DNA from: an uncultured Acidobacteriota bacterium
GTDB lineage: Bacteria; Acidobacteriota; Thermoanaerobaculia; UBA5066; DATFVB01
Length of the DNA stretch: 64,000 bases
Assembly (NCBI GenBank): GCA_963813155.1
Contig: CAWEYG010000001.1
Span: 736,001 to 800,000, forward strand
Direction: 5' to 3'
The notes beneath the pieces were generated by a model. The model ran no database searches, was not told the DNA's origin, and worked only from the letters and a program-made list of their open reading frames with translations. The number at the start of each line of letters is the position of its first letter. The first letter of the stretch is position 1. A program made the translations under genes and the position numbers. Shown one piece after another: positions 45,837-55,473 of the stretch.

Positions 45837-47150
45837 GTGAACCCGCCGGAGATTCTCGAGGCGATCGGCCGGGCCTCGGCGAGCTTCGAGGCCACCCGCG
45901 CCCTTCCGGGCTGGAAGCGGGCCGAGATCCTCCTGCAGATTCGCGAGGGGATCTCGCGGCGGCGGGCCGAGTTCACCGAAGCGATCGTGCGCGAGGCGCG
46001 CAAGCCCGTTCGGTTCGCCTCCGGAGAAGTCGACCGCTGCCTCGTGACGTTCCGCCTCGCCGCGGAAGAGGCGACCCGCCGGCCCGGCGAGGTGCTCCCG
46101 GTCGACCTCGATCCGCGGTCCGAGCGCTCGTGGTGCGTCGTCGAGAGGTTTCCGCGGGGCGTCGTCTCGGCGCTCACGCCTTTCAACTTTCCCCTCAACC
46201 TGCTCGCCCACAAGGTCGCGCCGGCGATCGCCTGCGGGTGCCCGGTCGTCGCGAAACCGTCGCCGCGCACGCCCGCGGCGGCCGTGCTCCTCGCCGAAGA
46301 GATCGCGCGCACCGAATGGCCCGCGGGAGGTTTCGAGCTCGTCCTCTGCGACAACGCGGACTCCTTTCCGCTGTGGAAAGACGACCGGATCGCGGTCGTC
46401 TCGTTCACGGGCTCTGACGCCGTCGGGTGGAAGATCAAGGAGGAGTCGCCCCGCAAGAGCGTCGTCCTCGAGCTCGGCGGAAATGCCGGCGCGATCGTCC
46501 ACGACGACGCGGATCTGCCCGCCGCCGCGGAGAAGCTCGCGCTGTCCGCGTTCGCCTATTCGGGGCAGGTGTGCATCAAGGCGCAGAGGATTTTCGCGCG
46601 GCGCGGCGTCTTCGAGGAGTTCCTGCGGCTTTTCGCGCGCGCTACCGACGCTCTCCCGGCCGGCCCGCTCGAAGACGCCCGCACGGTTCTTTCCCCGATG
46701 ATCGACGAGGATGCGGCGCGCCGGGTCGAGACGTGGGTGGGAGAAGCGGCAGCCGCCGGGGCGAAAGCCGTCCGGTCGGGCAAGCGCGAAGGCGCGTACC
46801 ATTCGCCGGCAATCCTGACGTCCGTTCCGGATTCTGCGAAGGTCTCGTGCCGCGAAGTCTTCGGCCCGGTCGCCGTCGTCGAGCCGTACGACGAGTTCGA
46901 GGAAGCCATCCGTCGCGTCAACGCGTCTCCGTACGGGCTCCAGTCAGCCGTTTTCACGCGCGACATCGGCCGGATCCGCCAGGCCTACGCGAGCCTCGAC
47001 GTGGGGGGCGTGCTCGTCAACGAGCCCCCGTCGACCCGCATCGACAACTTCCCCTACGGCGGGGTCAAGGCCTCCGGCACGGGCCGCGAGGGCGTCCGCT
47101 CCGCGATTCTCGAGTACACCGAGCCGCGGGTGCTTTTGATATCCTCCTGA
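45837..47150 (+). CDS. Aldehyde dehydrogenase family protein
   Basis: TPFNFPLNL, SFTGSD, LELGGNA, catalytic GQVCI, EVFGPV and PYGGVKASG.GREG. Confidence 0.92.
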   Translation: MNPPEILEAIGRASASFEATRALPGWKRAEILLQIREGISRRRAEFTEAIVREARKPVRFASGEVDRCLVTFRLAAEEATRRPGEVLPVDLDPRSERSWCVVERFPRGVVSALTPFNFPLNLLAHKVAPAIACGCPVVAKPSPRTPAAAVLLAEEIARTEWPAGGFELVLCDNADSFPLWKDDRIAVVSFTGSDAVGWKIKEESPRKSVVLELGGNAGAIVHDDADLPAAAEKLALSAFAYSGQVCIKAQRIFARRGVFEEFLRLFARATDALPAGPLEDARTVLSPMIDEDAARRVETWVGEAAAAGAKAVRSGKREGAYHSPAILTSVPDSAKVSCREVFGPVAVVEPYDEFEEAIRRVNASPYGLQSAVFTRDIGRIRQAYASLDVGGVLVNEPPSTRIDNFPYGGVKASGTGREGVRSAILEYTEPRVLLISS

Positions 47151-47152
47151 CG

Positions 47153-47526
47153 ATGCCCGACGAGCCCGCACCCCCTCCCCCGGCGGAGCCCCCGTCCCCG
47201 CCGCCCGATTCCAACCGCACGATCATGCTCGTGCTCGCGTATCTCGGAGCTCTCTCCCTCGTGCCGCTCCTCGTCGAAAAGAACGACAAGGAGGTTCAGT
47301 GGCATGCGAAGAACGGCCTCCTGCTGTTCGGCGTCGTGGGTCGTCCTCTTCATGATCGACGTGTTCGTCGTGTCGGTCATCCCGTTTCTCGGCTGCCTCT
47401 ATTCGATGTTCATGCCGATGGTCGGGCTTGCTCTACCTCGTTCTCATCGTCCTCGGAATCGTGAAGGCGCTCAACGGTCAGAGGCTCCGGATTCCCTACC
47501 TCTCCGGACTTGCCGACAAGTTCTAG
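47153..47526 (+). pseudogene. DUF4870-like membrane protein with two frameshifts
   Basis: LAYLGALSLVPLLVEKNDKEVQWHAKNGL, then WVVLFMIDV..IPFLGC, then IVKALNGQRLRIPYLSGLADKF, each in a different frame; length 374 nt (net +2). Confidence 0.7.
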
Positions 47527-47542
47527 CGGGCTGTGCTGAGCG

Positions 47543-47899
47543 ATGAGGGCCGCGCCCGTTCTCGCGCTCGGTCTCCTCTGCGCCTGCCTGGGAGATTCCT
47601 TGAACCCTCCGCGAGACCAGTGGAGCGCTCGAGCGGCGCTGCTCGCGATCGACGCGTACCGCTCGTCCGCTTCGCCGATTCTCGCGAGAACCCGACTCGT
47701 CGCGTGCCGTTTCCGGCCGAGCTGCTCGGCCTACGGTCGGACGGCGATCGAGAGGTTCGGGTTGTTTCGGGGCGGCGCGCTCGCGGCCTGGAGGATCGCC
47801 CGTTGCAATCCGTTCGGGAAGGGCGGCTTCGACCCGGTTCCGCCCGTCGCCGTCAGCCGCGCAGGACCTGCGCCGCCAGCTCGCACTCGTTCGTCGTGA
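47543..47899 (+). CDS. yidD: Membrane protein insertion efficiency factor YidD-like
   Basis: CRFRPSCSAYG..AIERFG..RG..LAAWRIARCNPF.KGGFDPVP; extra hydrophobic N-terminus; not in the rnpA-yidC context. Confidence 0.75.
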   Translation: MRAAPVLALGLLCACLGDSLNPPRDQWSARAALLAIDAYRSSASPILARTRLVACRFRPSCSAYGRTAIERFGLFRGGALAAWRIARCNPFGKGGFDPVPPVAVSRAGPAPPARTRSS

Positions 47900-48581
47900 T
47901 CGACGCGACGCCGAGCGACGCGAGGCGCTCGATTTCCTCGGGAGAATCCGCCGTCCAGGGGTGAACCGACCGTCCCGTCGCCGACATCCGCTCCACGAAC
48001 CCGGCGTCCACGAGGTCGAAGCGCGGCCCGATCGCCTCGCACGGCGGGATCTCCCCTTCCGCCGCGGGGAGCGGGCGGTCGATCAGGAACGAGAGCGCGA
48101 CACCCGCCTCCCGCTCCCGGATGCGGCGAAGCACGTCGGGATCGAACGAGGCCACGAGCGCGCGGGAGAGACAGCCAAACGCCCCGAGCAGATTCACGAC
48201 GCGGGCGGCAACGCGAACCCGGTCGGTCGATGAGCTCGTCTTGATCTCGACGACGTAGCGCATCGACGCGCCGTACCTCTGGAGGACCTGCTCGAACGTG
48301 GGAACGCGGTACTCCCCGAGCGGCGAATCGAGAAGGAGCTCGCGCACGTCGTGCGTCGGCATTCCGCGGACCGGGTGCAGCTCCGTGCCGATCGGGATCT
48401 GCTCGTCGTGGAAGACGACGAGATCGAAATCGCGCGTTTGACGCAGATCGAGCTCGATCGCGTCGGCCCCGAGGGATTCGGCGAAGTCGAAGCTGTCGAG
48501 CGTGTTCTCGCGCGCCCTGCGGGGCGCGCCGCGGTGCCCGACGATCCACAGGGGGTGCGGTTCGGTCCAGATGCTTTCCAA
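47853..48581 (-). CDS. Glycerophosphodiester phosphodiesterase
   Basis: GHRGA..ENTL.SF, IELDL..T.D..LVVFHD, VEIK, WTAD and ITTN. Confidence 0.9.
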   Translation of the reverse strand: MESIWTEPHPLWIVGHRGAPRRARENTLDSFDFAESLGADAIELDLRQTRDFDLVVFHDEQIPIGTELHPVRGMPTHDVRELLLDSPLGEYRVPTFEQVLQRYGASMRYVVEIKTSSSTDRVRVAARVVNLLGAFGCLSRALVASFDPDVLRRIREREAGVALSFLIDRPLPAAEGEIPPCEAIGPRFDLVDAGFVERMSATGRSVHPWTADSPEEIERLASLGVASITTNECELAAQVLRG

Positions 48582-48905
48582 GGCAGGCGCATGTTATCGC
48601 AGGAGAGGGGCGACCCTCGTTCGTTCGAAAATCGCCCGTTTCGTTCTAAACTTGGACGTTGCTTTCGATCATCGTTTCGATGTTTCTCTACCAGGCCGCC
48701 GTTTCCGCGCCGGCTCCGGCTCCGGAGCTCGTCTCGCTCGAAATCGAAGTCGTCGCGGACTCGTCGCTCGACGCTCTCCCTCGCCGCCTGGCCCCCCTGA
48801 CGAGATGCCCGCCCCAACCCGCCGGAAGCGTGGGGGCCGCGCAAGACGTTTTACGGCGACCATTTCGAGATTCCCGCGGTTCCGCTCGACTGCTACCTCG
48901 TCTCC

Positions 48906-50036
48906 TTGACGATCGGCGGCGAGACACGCGTGGAGTATGGCTTTCCCTCTGTTCGAGCCGTCCGTTTCGATTTCCGCAAAATTTCCCTTCGCGGCCGGGT
49001 CACTCGCGCCGGCGAGGGAGTCGCCGCGACGCTCGATTTCGATCCCAATAACGGACCGTCCGTGCCGGGCGTGAAGTCGACGTCCACGTCGGCTGAGTCC
49101 AATACGTCCGGCGACTACGAAGCTCGCGTCTGGCCGGGAGCGCTCTACCGCGTCCGGGTCGCTCCGTCGGAAGGAAGCTCGTCTCCTTCCCGGTTTCAAC
49201 TCGTCACCGAGACTGGTACGGAGCAGGAGAAAGACTTTGCGCTGAGCTCGAACGCCCTGAGGGTCATCATTCGCGACGCGAAATCCCATGACCCGATTCC
49301 CGGCGCAAAGCTCGTTTATTTCGATTCGGAGGGCACCCAGAATCCCGTTGCGGACCAGAACGGCGAGTTGACTGTCGAATCGGTTCCCGCGGGCCCGTTT
49401 CACGGTACGGCCGTCGCAAAGGAGTACGTGAACGCGAAAGCCGACTGGACGATCGAGGACCGGGACGAGCCCCAGCCATTCGAGATCGACCTCTCCCCGA
49501 AGACCCAGGGCAACGACTTCCAGGCCTTCCTTTCGGACGGCTCCCCGGCGGCGAGCGCGGTCGGATACTACCGGTTCGACCCCTCGACGAGCGCCAGAAT
49601 TCTCTTCTGGTGCGATGAGGCGGGGATCTGCCACCCGGCCGAGAGACCGGGAGACGAGGAGCTCGTTTACCTGTCCCACGCCGCCGCCGGCCTGACGATC
49701 CTGCCGGCGGGGCGGATCTACGAATCCAACAGCGCCATCCTGCTGCCGGCAGGCGGACCGCTCGTCGTCCGCGTCAAGCCCGAACCGAAGCTCTCGGAGA
49801 AATGCGAGTTCGGCATCATCACGATTCGAGGCATCCCGATCGAGCAAACCGGGAACTTCACGTGCGGGGCGGAACCGTGGCCCCTCGAGTTCCAGGGACT
49901 GCCCGCGGGGCAGGTCGAAGTGACAATCGTGTCCCGGGAGCTCGACGATCACGGCCGATTTTCGGGAGATACGGTTCTTGCGGGCCCCGTCGCGGTCGTC
50001 CTGCCCTCCGACCCAATCGAGATCGCGATCCCCTGA
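48906..50036 (+). CDS. Carboxypeptidase-regulatory-like (beta-sandwich repeat) protein, probably the 3' part of a disrupted gene
   Basis: LRGRVTRAG, SNTSGDY, DPIPGAKL and ADQNGEL repeats; a signal-like N-terminus starts at 48659/48680 in a different frame. Confidence 0.55.
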   Translation: MTIGGETRVEYGFPSVRAVRFDFRKISLRGRVTRAGEGVAATLDFDPNNGPSVPGVKSTSTSAESNTSGDYEARVWPGALYRVRVAPSEGSSSPSRFQLVTETGTEQEKDFALSSNALRVIIRDAKSHDPIPGAKLVYFDSEGTQNPVADQNGELTVESVPAGPFHGTAVAKEYVNAKADWTIEDRDEPQPFEIDLSPKTQGNDFQAFLSDGSPAASAVGYYRFDPSTSARILFWCDEAGICHPAERPGDEELVYLSHAAAGLTILPAGRIYESNSAILLPAGGPLVVRVKPEPKLSEKCEFGIITIRGIPIEQTGNFTCGAEPWPLEFQGLPAGQVEVTIVSRELDDHGRFSGDTVLAGPVAVVLPSDPIEIAIP

Positions 50037-50768
50037 TCAGGCCCCCGCGGCTTCGATTTCGCGCGTGATCTCTGCGAGCGCCTTCTCCGGGTCGGCCGCG
50101 CCCGTAACCGGCCTTCCGATGACGAGCAGCGACGCGCCGGCGGCGATCGCGGCGCCGGGAGTCGCGATCCGCTTCTGATCGCCCGCCTCCGCCGACGCGG
50201 GACGGATTCCCGGCACGACGGTCAGAAACTTCGCTCCGCATTCGCGGCGGACGACATCCAGATCCCCCGCCGAGCACACGACGCCGTCGAGGCCCGACGC
50301 CGCCGCGAGCCGGGCCAGCTGCGCGACGATCTCAACCGGAATCCCGCGGAACGGAAGGCCCTGCAGGGAAGACTCGTCGAGCGAGGTGAGCAGCGTGACG
50401 GCGATCAGCTTCGGAAGGGCGACTCCTGTCCGGGACGCCTCGTTCGCGACGGCCTCGCGGGCCGCGATCAGCATCTCCCGGCCGCCCGAGGCATGGACGT
50501 TGAGCATCGCGGCGCCGCTGCGAACGGCTGAGGCGGCCGCGCGGGCGACCGTGTTCGGGATGTCGTGCAGCTTCAGGTCGAGAAAGACCTTTCCATGCCG
50601 GGCGACACGGGAAACGACGGCGGGGCCCTCGGCGACGAACAGCTCGAGGCCGATCTTGAACCAGCCGGCCTTTCCTTCGAATCGCCTCGCGAAGCCGGCC
50701 GCTTCTTCGGCGCCCGGAAAATCGAGAGCCAGGCAGATCCGGTCCGCCGCGCCGGTTCGCCCGCTCAC
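50037..50768 (-). CDS. pyrF: Orotidine-5'-phosphate decarboxylase
   Basis: LALD, FKIGLEL, FLDLKLHDIPNTV, VPGIRP, DQKR and VIGRP. Confidence 0.95.
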   Translation of the reverse strand: MSGRTGAADRICLALDFPGAEEAAGFARRFEGKAGWFKIGLELFVAEGPAVVSRVARHGKVFLDLKLHDIPNTVARAAASAVRSGAAMLNVHASGGREMLIAAREAVANEASRTGVALPKLIAVTLLTSLDESSLQGLPFRGIPVEIVAQLARLAAASGLDGVVCSAGDLDVVRRECGAKFLTVVPGIRPASAEAGDQKRIATPGAAIAAGASLLVIGRPVTGAADPEKALAEITREIEAAGA

Positions 50769-51670
50769 GGGGTCCGCCCGACGAGGTCGCGCGCGTTCAT
50801 CTTCCTCGCTTCGCAATAGGCCTCGAGCTCGCGAACGAGCCTCTCGGAAACGCCCGGCTCGCGAAAGTTCGCCGTCCCCACCTGTACCGCGGAGGCGCCG
50901 GCCGACAGGAACTCCAGGACGTCCGACAGCTCCGAGATGCCTCCGATTCCCCACAGGGGCATGTCCGGCATCGCGCGATGCACCTGGTAGACCATCCGGA
51001 CGGCGAGCGGACGGATCGCCGGGCCCGAGAGGCCGCCCGTTCCGAAGGAGATCCGCGGCCGGCCCGTCTCGGGATCGATCGCCATGCCGACGAACGTGTT
51101 GACGAGAGAGATCACGTCGGCCCCCGCTTCGCGCGCGGCGCGCGCCGACTCGACGAGATCCGGCGCGTTCGGGGACAGCTTGACGACGAGCGGCAGGCGC
51201 GTCGCGGCGCGGACTTTCGAAACGAGAGATTTCGTGAGCGCGGGCGAGTTGCCGAACAGCATGCCGCCCTTCGAAACGTTCGGGCACGAGATGTTGAGCT
51301 CGACGCCCGCGAGCCCCGCGCTCCCCTCGAGGCGCCGGACGAGCGCGACGTAATCCTCTTCTTCGTCCCCCCAGACGTTCGCGAACACGCACGCGCCCGC
51401 CTCGCGCAGCTTCGGGAGCTTTTCGAGGACGAACGCCTCCACCCCCACGTTCTGAAGCCCGATCGCGTTGAGCATGCCCGACGGCGTCTCGCAGATCCGG
51501 GGCGGAGGGTTGCCCTCGTGCGGACGCAGCGAGAGCCCCTTCGTGAAGAGCGCGCCGATCCGGGACAGGTCGACGACGCCGGAGAACTCGAGCCCGTACC
51601 CGAACGTTCCGGACGCGGTCGCGACCGGGTTCTTCAGGCGAATCGGGCCGAGGGCGACGGAGAGGTCCAT
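50765..51670 (-). CDS. pyrD: Dihydroorotate dehydrogenase 1B, catalytic subunit
   Basis: KNPVATASGTFGYG, GMLNAIGLQN, ELNISCPNV, VKLSPN and GGLSGPAIRP. Confidence 0.95.
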   Translation of the reverse strand: MDLSVALGPIRLKNPVATASGTFGYGLEFSGVVDLSRIGALFTKGLSLRPHEGNPPPRICETPSGMLNAIGLQNVGVEAFVLEKLPKLREAGACVFANVWGDEEEDYVALVRRLEGSAGLAGVELNISCPNVSKGGMLFGNSPALTKSLVSKVRAATRLPLVVKLSPNAPDLVESARAAREAGADVISLVNTFVGMAIDPETGRPRISFGTGGLSGPAIRPLAVRMVYQVHRAMPDMPLWGIGGISELSDVLEFLSAGASAVQVGTANFREPGVSERLVRELEAYCEARKMNARDLVGRTP

Positions 51671-52473
51671 CAGCACTTCTCCCACGCGACGCGATCCGGG
51701 GGAAGGATCGGGCCCTCTTTGCACGAGACGAGATAGCCGCCTTCCGGCTTCGGCAGGACGCACGCGAGGCAGACCCCGAACCCGCAGCCCATCGCGGCTT
51801 CGGTCGAGAACTCCGCAACCAGGGAGAAGCGCTCGACGATCGGCGCGAGCGCGCGGAACATCGGGGTCGGCCCGCACGCGAAAAGCCGCGCATATCGCGC
51901 GCCCCCTTCCAGCCGGCGGACGAGGAGCTCGGTCACGCGCCCCTTTTCCCCGAAGGACCCGTCTTCGGTCGCCGCGAGAACGTCGCCTTCGGTCCCGTCG
52001 ACGAGAGGAGCGATCTTCCGCCGATACTCGAGATCCGCCGACGTCCGGCCGCCGAAGAAGAGGTCGGCCGCGATGCCCCGCTCCCGGAGCGCGCGGAGAA
52101 GGAGCGGAAACGGGGCCACGCCGACGCCTCCCGCGACGATCGCAACGCGGTCGGCCCGCGAAAGGCCGTCGGTCCCGAAACGGTTGCCGAGCGGCGCGAG
52201 GATCTCGACGTCGTCGCCGGGCGCGAGGCCCTCGAGACAGGAGGTGCCGACCCCAACGGTCTTGACGAGGAATTCGATCGTTCCGGCCGAAGGATCGGCG
52301 TCCGCGACCGAAAAGGCGCGCCGAAGGAACGGCCGGCTGCGATCCGGCACGCCGAGCATCGCGAATTGTCCCGGCTGAATGGAGGAGGCGAGTTCCGGCG
52401 CGTCGAACCCGATCGAAAAAAGCCCGGGCGCGTAACTCTCCCGGCGCCGGAGGGGGACCCGAAAGTCGCGCAT
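51670..52473 (-). CDS. pyrK: Dihydroorotate dehydrogenase electron transfer subunit
   Basis: PGQF, LRRAFS, GGVGVAP, CGPTPM and the [2Fe-2S] motif MGCGFGVCLAC..CKEGP. Confidence 0.93.
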   Translation of the reverse strand: MRDFRVPLRRRESYAPGLFSIGFDAPELASSIQPGQFAMLGVPDRSRPFLRRAFSVADADPSAGTIEFLVKTVGVGTSCLEGLAPGDDVEILAPLGNRFGTDGLSRADRVAIVAGGVGVAPFPLLLRALRERGIAADLFFGGRTSADLEYRRKIAPLVDGTEGDVLAATEDGSFGEKGRVTELLVRRLEGGARYARLFACGPTPMFRALAPIVERFSLVAEFSTEAAMGCGFGVCLACVLPKPEGGYLVSCKEGPILPPDRVAWEKC

Positions 52474-52484
52474 TGCCGCGCGGA

Positions 52485-53177
52485 TTATACGGGGGATCGC
52501 TCGCAGATGCGCCGGGCGCGCCGGAAGACCGACGAAAGCATCGCCGGCGTCAGCTTCCCGGTGAAGGTGTTCTGCTGGCTCGGGTGATACGAGCCGAGAA
52601 GCGCCACTCCCCCGAGCGAGACCTCGCACCCATGGCCGAACCGCGGCCGGGGCCGCGGCACCTCGCGACCGAGGGCCTTCCAGGTCTCGAGGACCGCCGA
52701 GAAGGCAAGCGCCCCGAGCGCGACGATCGCGGCCAGGCCGGGAAGGAGCGCAATTTCCCTCTCGAGATAAGGGCGGCAGTTTCGAAACTCCTCCGGCGTC
52801 GGGCGATTGTCGGGCGGGGCGCATCGAACGGCCGCGCTGACGAGGGCGCCGGAAATCCGGAGCCCGTCGTGTCGCGAGGCCGAGAGGGGCTGATTCGCGA
52901 AGCCCGTTCGCCAGAGGCTCCGGAAGAGAAAGTCGCCCGAGGCGTCGCCGGTGAAGACCCGCCCGGTGCGGTTTCCGCCGTTCGCGGCCGGGGCGAGACC
53001 GACGATCAGAAGCCTCGCGTCTGGATCTCCGAAGGGCGGGAGGGGCCGCGCCCAGTAATGCTCGCCGCGGAAACGCGCGGGCGCCTGCCGGGCCGCCTCC
53101 TCGCGCCAGGCGACCAGTCGCGGGCAGCGCCGGCAGCCGACGATCTCGCGCGACAGCTTCGCGAGGGAGTCCCTCAC
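52485..53177 (-). CDS. Uracil-DNA glycosylase, family 5 (UdgB-like)
   Basis: CRRCPRLVAWRE, GLAPAANGGNRTGRVFTGD.SG, CAPPDNRP and HPSQQNT. Confidence 0.9.
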   Translation of the reverse strand: MRDSLAKLSREIVGCRRCPRLVAWREEAARQAPARFRGEHYWARPLPPFGDPDARLLIVGLAPAANGGNRTGRVFTGDASGDFLFRSLWRTGFANQPLSASRHDGLRISGALVSAAVRCAPPDNRPTPEEFRNCRPYLEREIALLPGLAAIVALGALAFSAVLETWKALGREVPRPRPRFGHGCEVSLGGVALLGSYHPSQQNTFTGKLTPAMLSSVFRRARRICERSPV

Positions 53178-53806
53178 ATCCGGGTGGATGCGCTCTGAAG
53201 AGAGGCGAGAAGCGATTCGAACCCGGCCTTCGAGCGCTCGAGAGTTGCCTTCGGGCCGGTGGCCTTGAAGAAGACGTTTCCCTGAGGGCCCTCGACGATC
53301 GCGCCCCAGAGCTCGGAATTCGGCTCGGGAGTGGACGGGCCCATCGGCAGGCCCGAGGAGTACGTTCCTTGCGCCGTCACGATCGTGACCGCGAGACCGT
53401 TCCTCCGGCCGGAGCTCACGTTCCCGGCCGCGGGCTTGCCGGACGCGTCGAGGAACTGTCCCTTCCATCGCTCGATGTTCTCCCCGACGCCGCCCCCCTG
53501 GCCGCTGCCGAAGAAATAGGCGACGAACAGAGCGTCCTTTTCGTTCCCGGTTCCCGGGATCGCGAACTGCGCGGCGCGCATCGGCGAAGAAGGAGACTCC
53601 CGGCGCCATTCCGCGGGAGCAGAGAAAGAGACACCCGCGACTTCGACGCTCCCCCCGGGGCTGACCACCGCCGGGGAAGATCCTCCGGCCGGAGAGGTCT
53701 CCGCGTGCGAGGGGATCATCAGGATGTCCGGCGCCGGTTGCCTCTTCCGGCAGGAGAACGACGCCACAGCCGCCGCGAACACGAGAAACCCGCGCGAGCT
53801 TTTCAC
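53174..53806 (-). CDS. Hypothetical lipoprotein
   Basis: Lipobox-like ASFSC; MRAAQF, FG.GQGGG..ENIERWKGQF and FFKATGP. Confidence 0.75.
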   Translation of the reverse strand: MKSSRGFLVFAAAVASFSCRKRQPAPDILMIPSHAETSPAGGSSPAVVSPGGSVEVAGVSFSAPAEWRRESPSSPMRAAQFAIPGTGNEKDALFVAYFFGSGQGGGVGENIERWKGQFLDASGKPAAGNVSSGRRNGLAVTIVTAQGTYSSGLPMGPSTPEPNSELWGAIVEGPQGNVFFKATGPKATLERSKAGFESLLASLQSASTRM

Positions 53807-55473
53807 GGCGCCGACTCTACCTCAGTCCGCAGATGATTCGAAGCGCAGCGGTACCCGCCGTTGCGGACGATGCTCGCGACGAGCGGAGGATAGAGAACGA
53901 GGCGGCAGCCGGCGGCCTCGAACTCGCGGCGGGCGATCTCGTCGCCGCCGCGGAGGAGGCTCGCGAACCCTTCCGCCCGGCAGCCCGAGCCCTCGCTCTC
54001 CAGGACGACGTTGTTCCAGTTGATCGAAAAGCTCGCGGCCGCAGGGGGACCGGAGGAGCCGGCGAGCGCCTCGTCGGGGACGAGAAAGAGCGGCAGTCTC
54101 CTCACCGAAAGGCCCTGCCGGCGAAGGTGCTCGGCGCAAAGATCGAGAAAACGGCCGAGGCCCGCCGGCCGTCCCGAGGCGTTGTACGAGACGAGCGCCG
54201 TTCGCAGGGACGACGTGGATCCCGCCAGGCCGAAGCCCCTCCGGAACTCGTCGAGATCCTTCTCGTCCGCGCTTCGAAGGAGATCGCGGCCGGAAGCAAC
54301 GTCTCCCACGAACGCCTCCGTCTTTGCGCCGCGGGAGACGAGAGTCACGATCGAATCGAGGTCGAACCCCGCGCCGCCGCCGATTGCGCCCATGAGCTGG
54401 CTCTGCTCGCGCGCGCTTTCGGAACCGGGGAGCGGGTGAATGAACCGGACGGGGCGGCCGTACAGTGCCGAAAGCTCCGCGGCCGCGCGCCGGGCCGCGC
54501 CGACATAGCGGGAGACGCCCTTCGGCGACGCAAAGGATTCGACCGGGACCCGCCGCGCGCCGAGCATCTGGAGAATCCTCGGCTCGATCGTGTGAATCGA
54601 GATCCACGCGGCCGCGGGCAACTGGAGGACCTGGCCGTTGTGGAACGGCACGGGCGAAACGGCCCACCGGGGACGCCCCCACGCCCGGTCGAGGGCGTCC
54701 GGCAGATCCTTGACGAGCTCGCGCCCCATCGCGTTGTCGTCCCGGCGGGCCTCCTGGAGGATGGCGAGCGGGCGGACGAGGATGCGGACCGCGCCCGCCG
54801 GACCGCGCAGGAGACTGAACGTGTCCCGGGGCCACGGCGTGTAATCCCGGCCGACGGTGTCGAGCAGGACGACGCCGTGGTCTCGCGAGAACGCCTCGAG
54901 CTCGATTCGCCGGGCCGGGTCGACGAACGCGAGGGTCGCGCGATTCGGAGCGGATTCCCGGACGGCCTGGAGAAAAGCCTCGACCGGGGCGAGCTCCAGA
55001 TAGTCGCTCGGCAGGCTGTAGATCGAAGCCTCGATGCGTCCGGCGTCGTCCGCGGGGAACCGCCACTGTCCCGCCGCGAAGCGCTCCCGCCGCTCGGCGC
55101 TGCGGCGCGGAACGGCGCCCCAGTCGGACTCCAGGCGCTCCAGGTCGTCGTACGGCATCTCGCCGTCGCTCGCGAAGCGAAAGAGAAGCATTTCGCGCAG
55201 CAGCGGCGGGCCGTCCGCCGGAAACGCGCGGGATAGGCCCTCGAGCGCGCGCCGCCGGTACCCGGAATCGCGGTAAAAACGCCGCGGGTCCCCCTCAAGA
55301 CGCCGCGCGAGCTCGTTGACCGAATCGGCGGACCAGGGAGGCCCGGTCCGCGCGACGGCCGCGATCTGTTCCGACGCCGAAGCCCGCGCCGCCTTCGGAA
55401 GGGAATTTGCCGGCGCGGCGGCCAGGATCGCCGAAGACAGGGCGAGCCCCGCCCTCCGGAGCCCGGGACTCAC
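53803..55473 (-). CDS. Exported amidinotransferase (pentein) superfamily-like protein
   Basis: Signal-like N-terminus; WPRD, FHNGQV, FDLDS, NWNNV and C-terminal GGYRCAS, as in deiminase/amidinotransferase folds. Confidence 0.6.
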   Translation of the reverse strand: MSPGLRRAGLALSSAILAAAPANSLPKAARASASEQIAAVARTGPPWSADSVNELARRLEGDPRRFYRDSGYRRRALEGLSRAFPADGPPLLREMLLFRFASDGEMPYDDLERLESDWGAVPRRSAERRERFAAGQWRFPADDAGRIEASIYSLPSDYLELAPVEAFLQAVRESAPNRATLAFVDPARRIELEAFSRDHGVVLLDTVGRDYTPWPRDTFSLLRGPAGAVRILVRPLAILQEARRDDNAMGRELVKDLPDALDRAWGRPRWAVSPVPFHNGQVLQLPAAAWISIHTIEPRILQMLGARRVPVESFASPKGVSRYVGAARRAAAELSALYGRPVRFIHPLPGSESAREQSQLMGAIGGGAGFDLDSIVTLVSRGAKTEAFVGDVASGRDLLRSADEKDLDEFRRGFGLAGSTSSLRTALVSYNASGRPAGLGRFLDLCAEHLRRQGLSVRRLPLFLVPDEALAGSSGPPAAASFSINWNNVVLESEGSGCRAEGFASLLRGGDEIARREFEAAGCRLVLYPPLVASIVRNGGYRCASNHLRTEVESAP

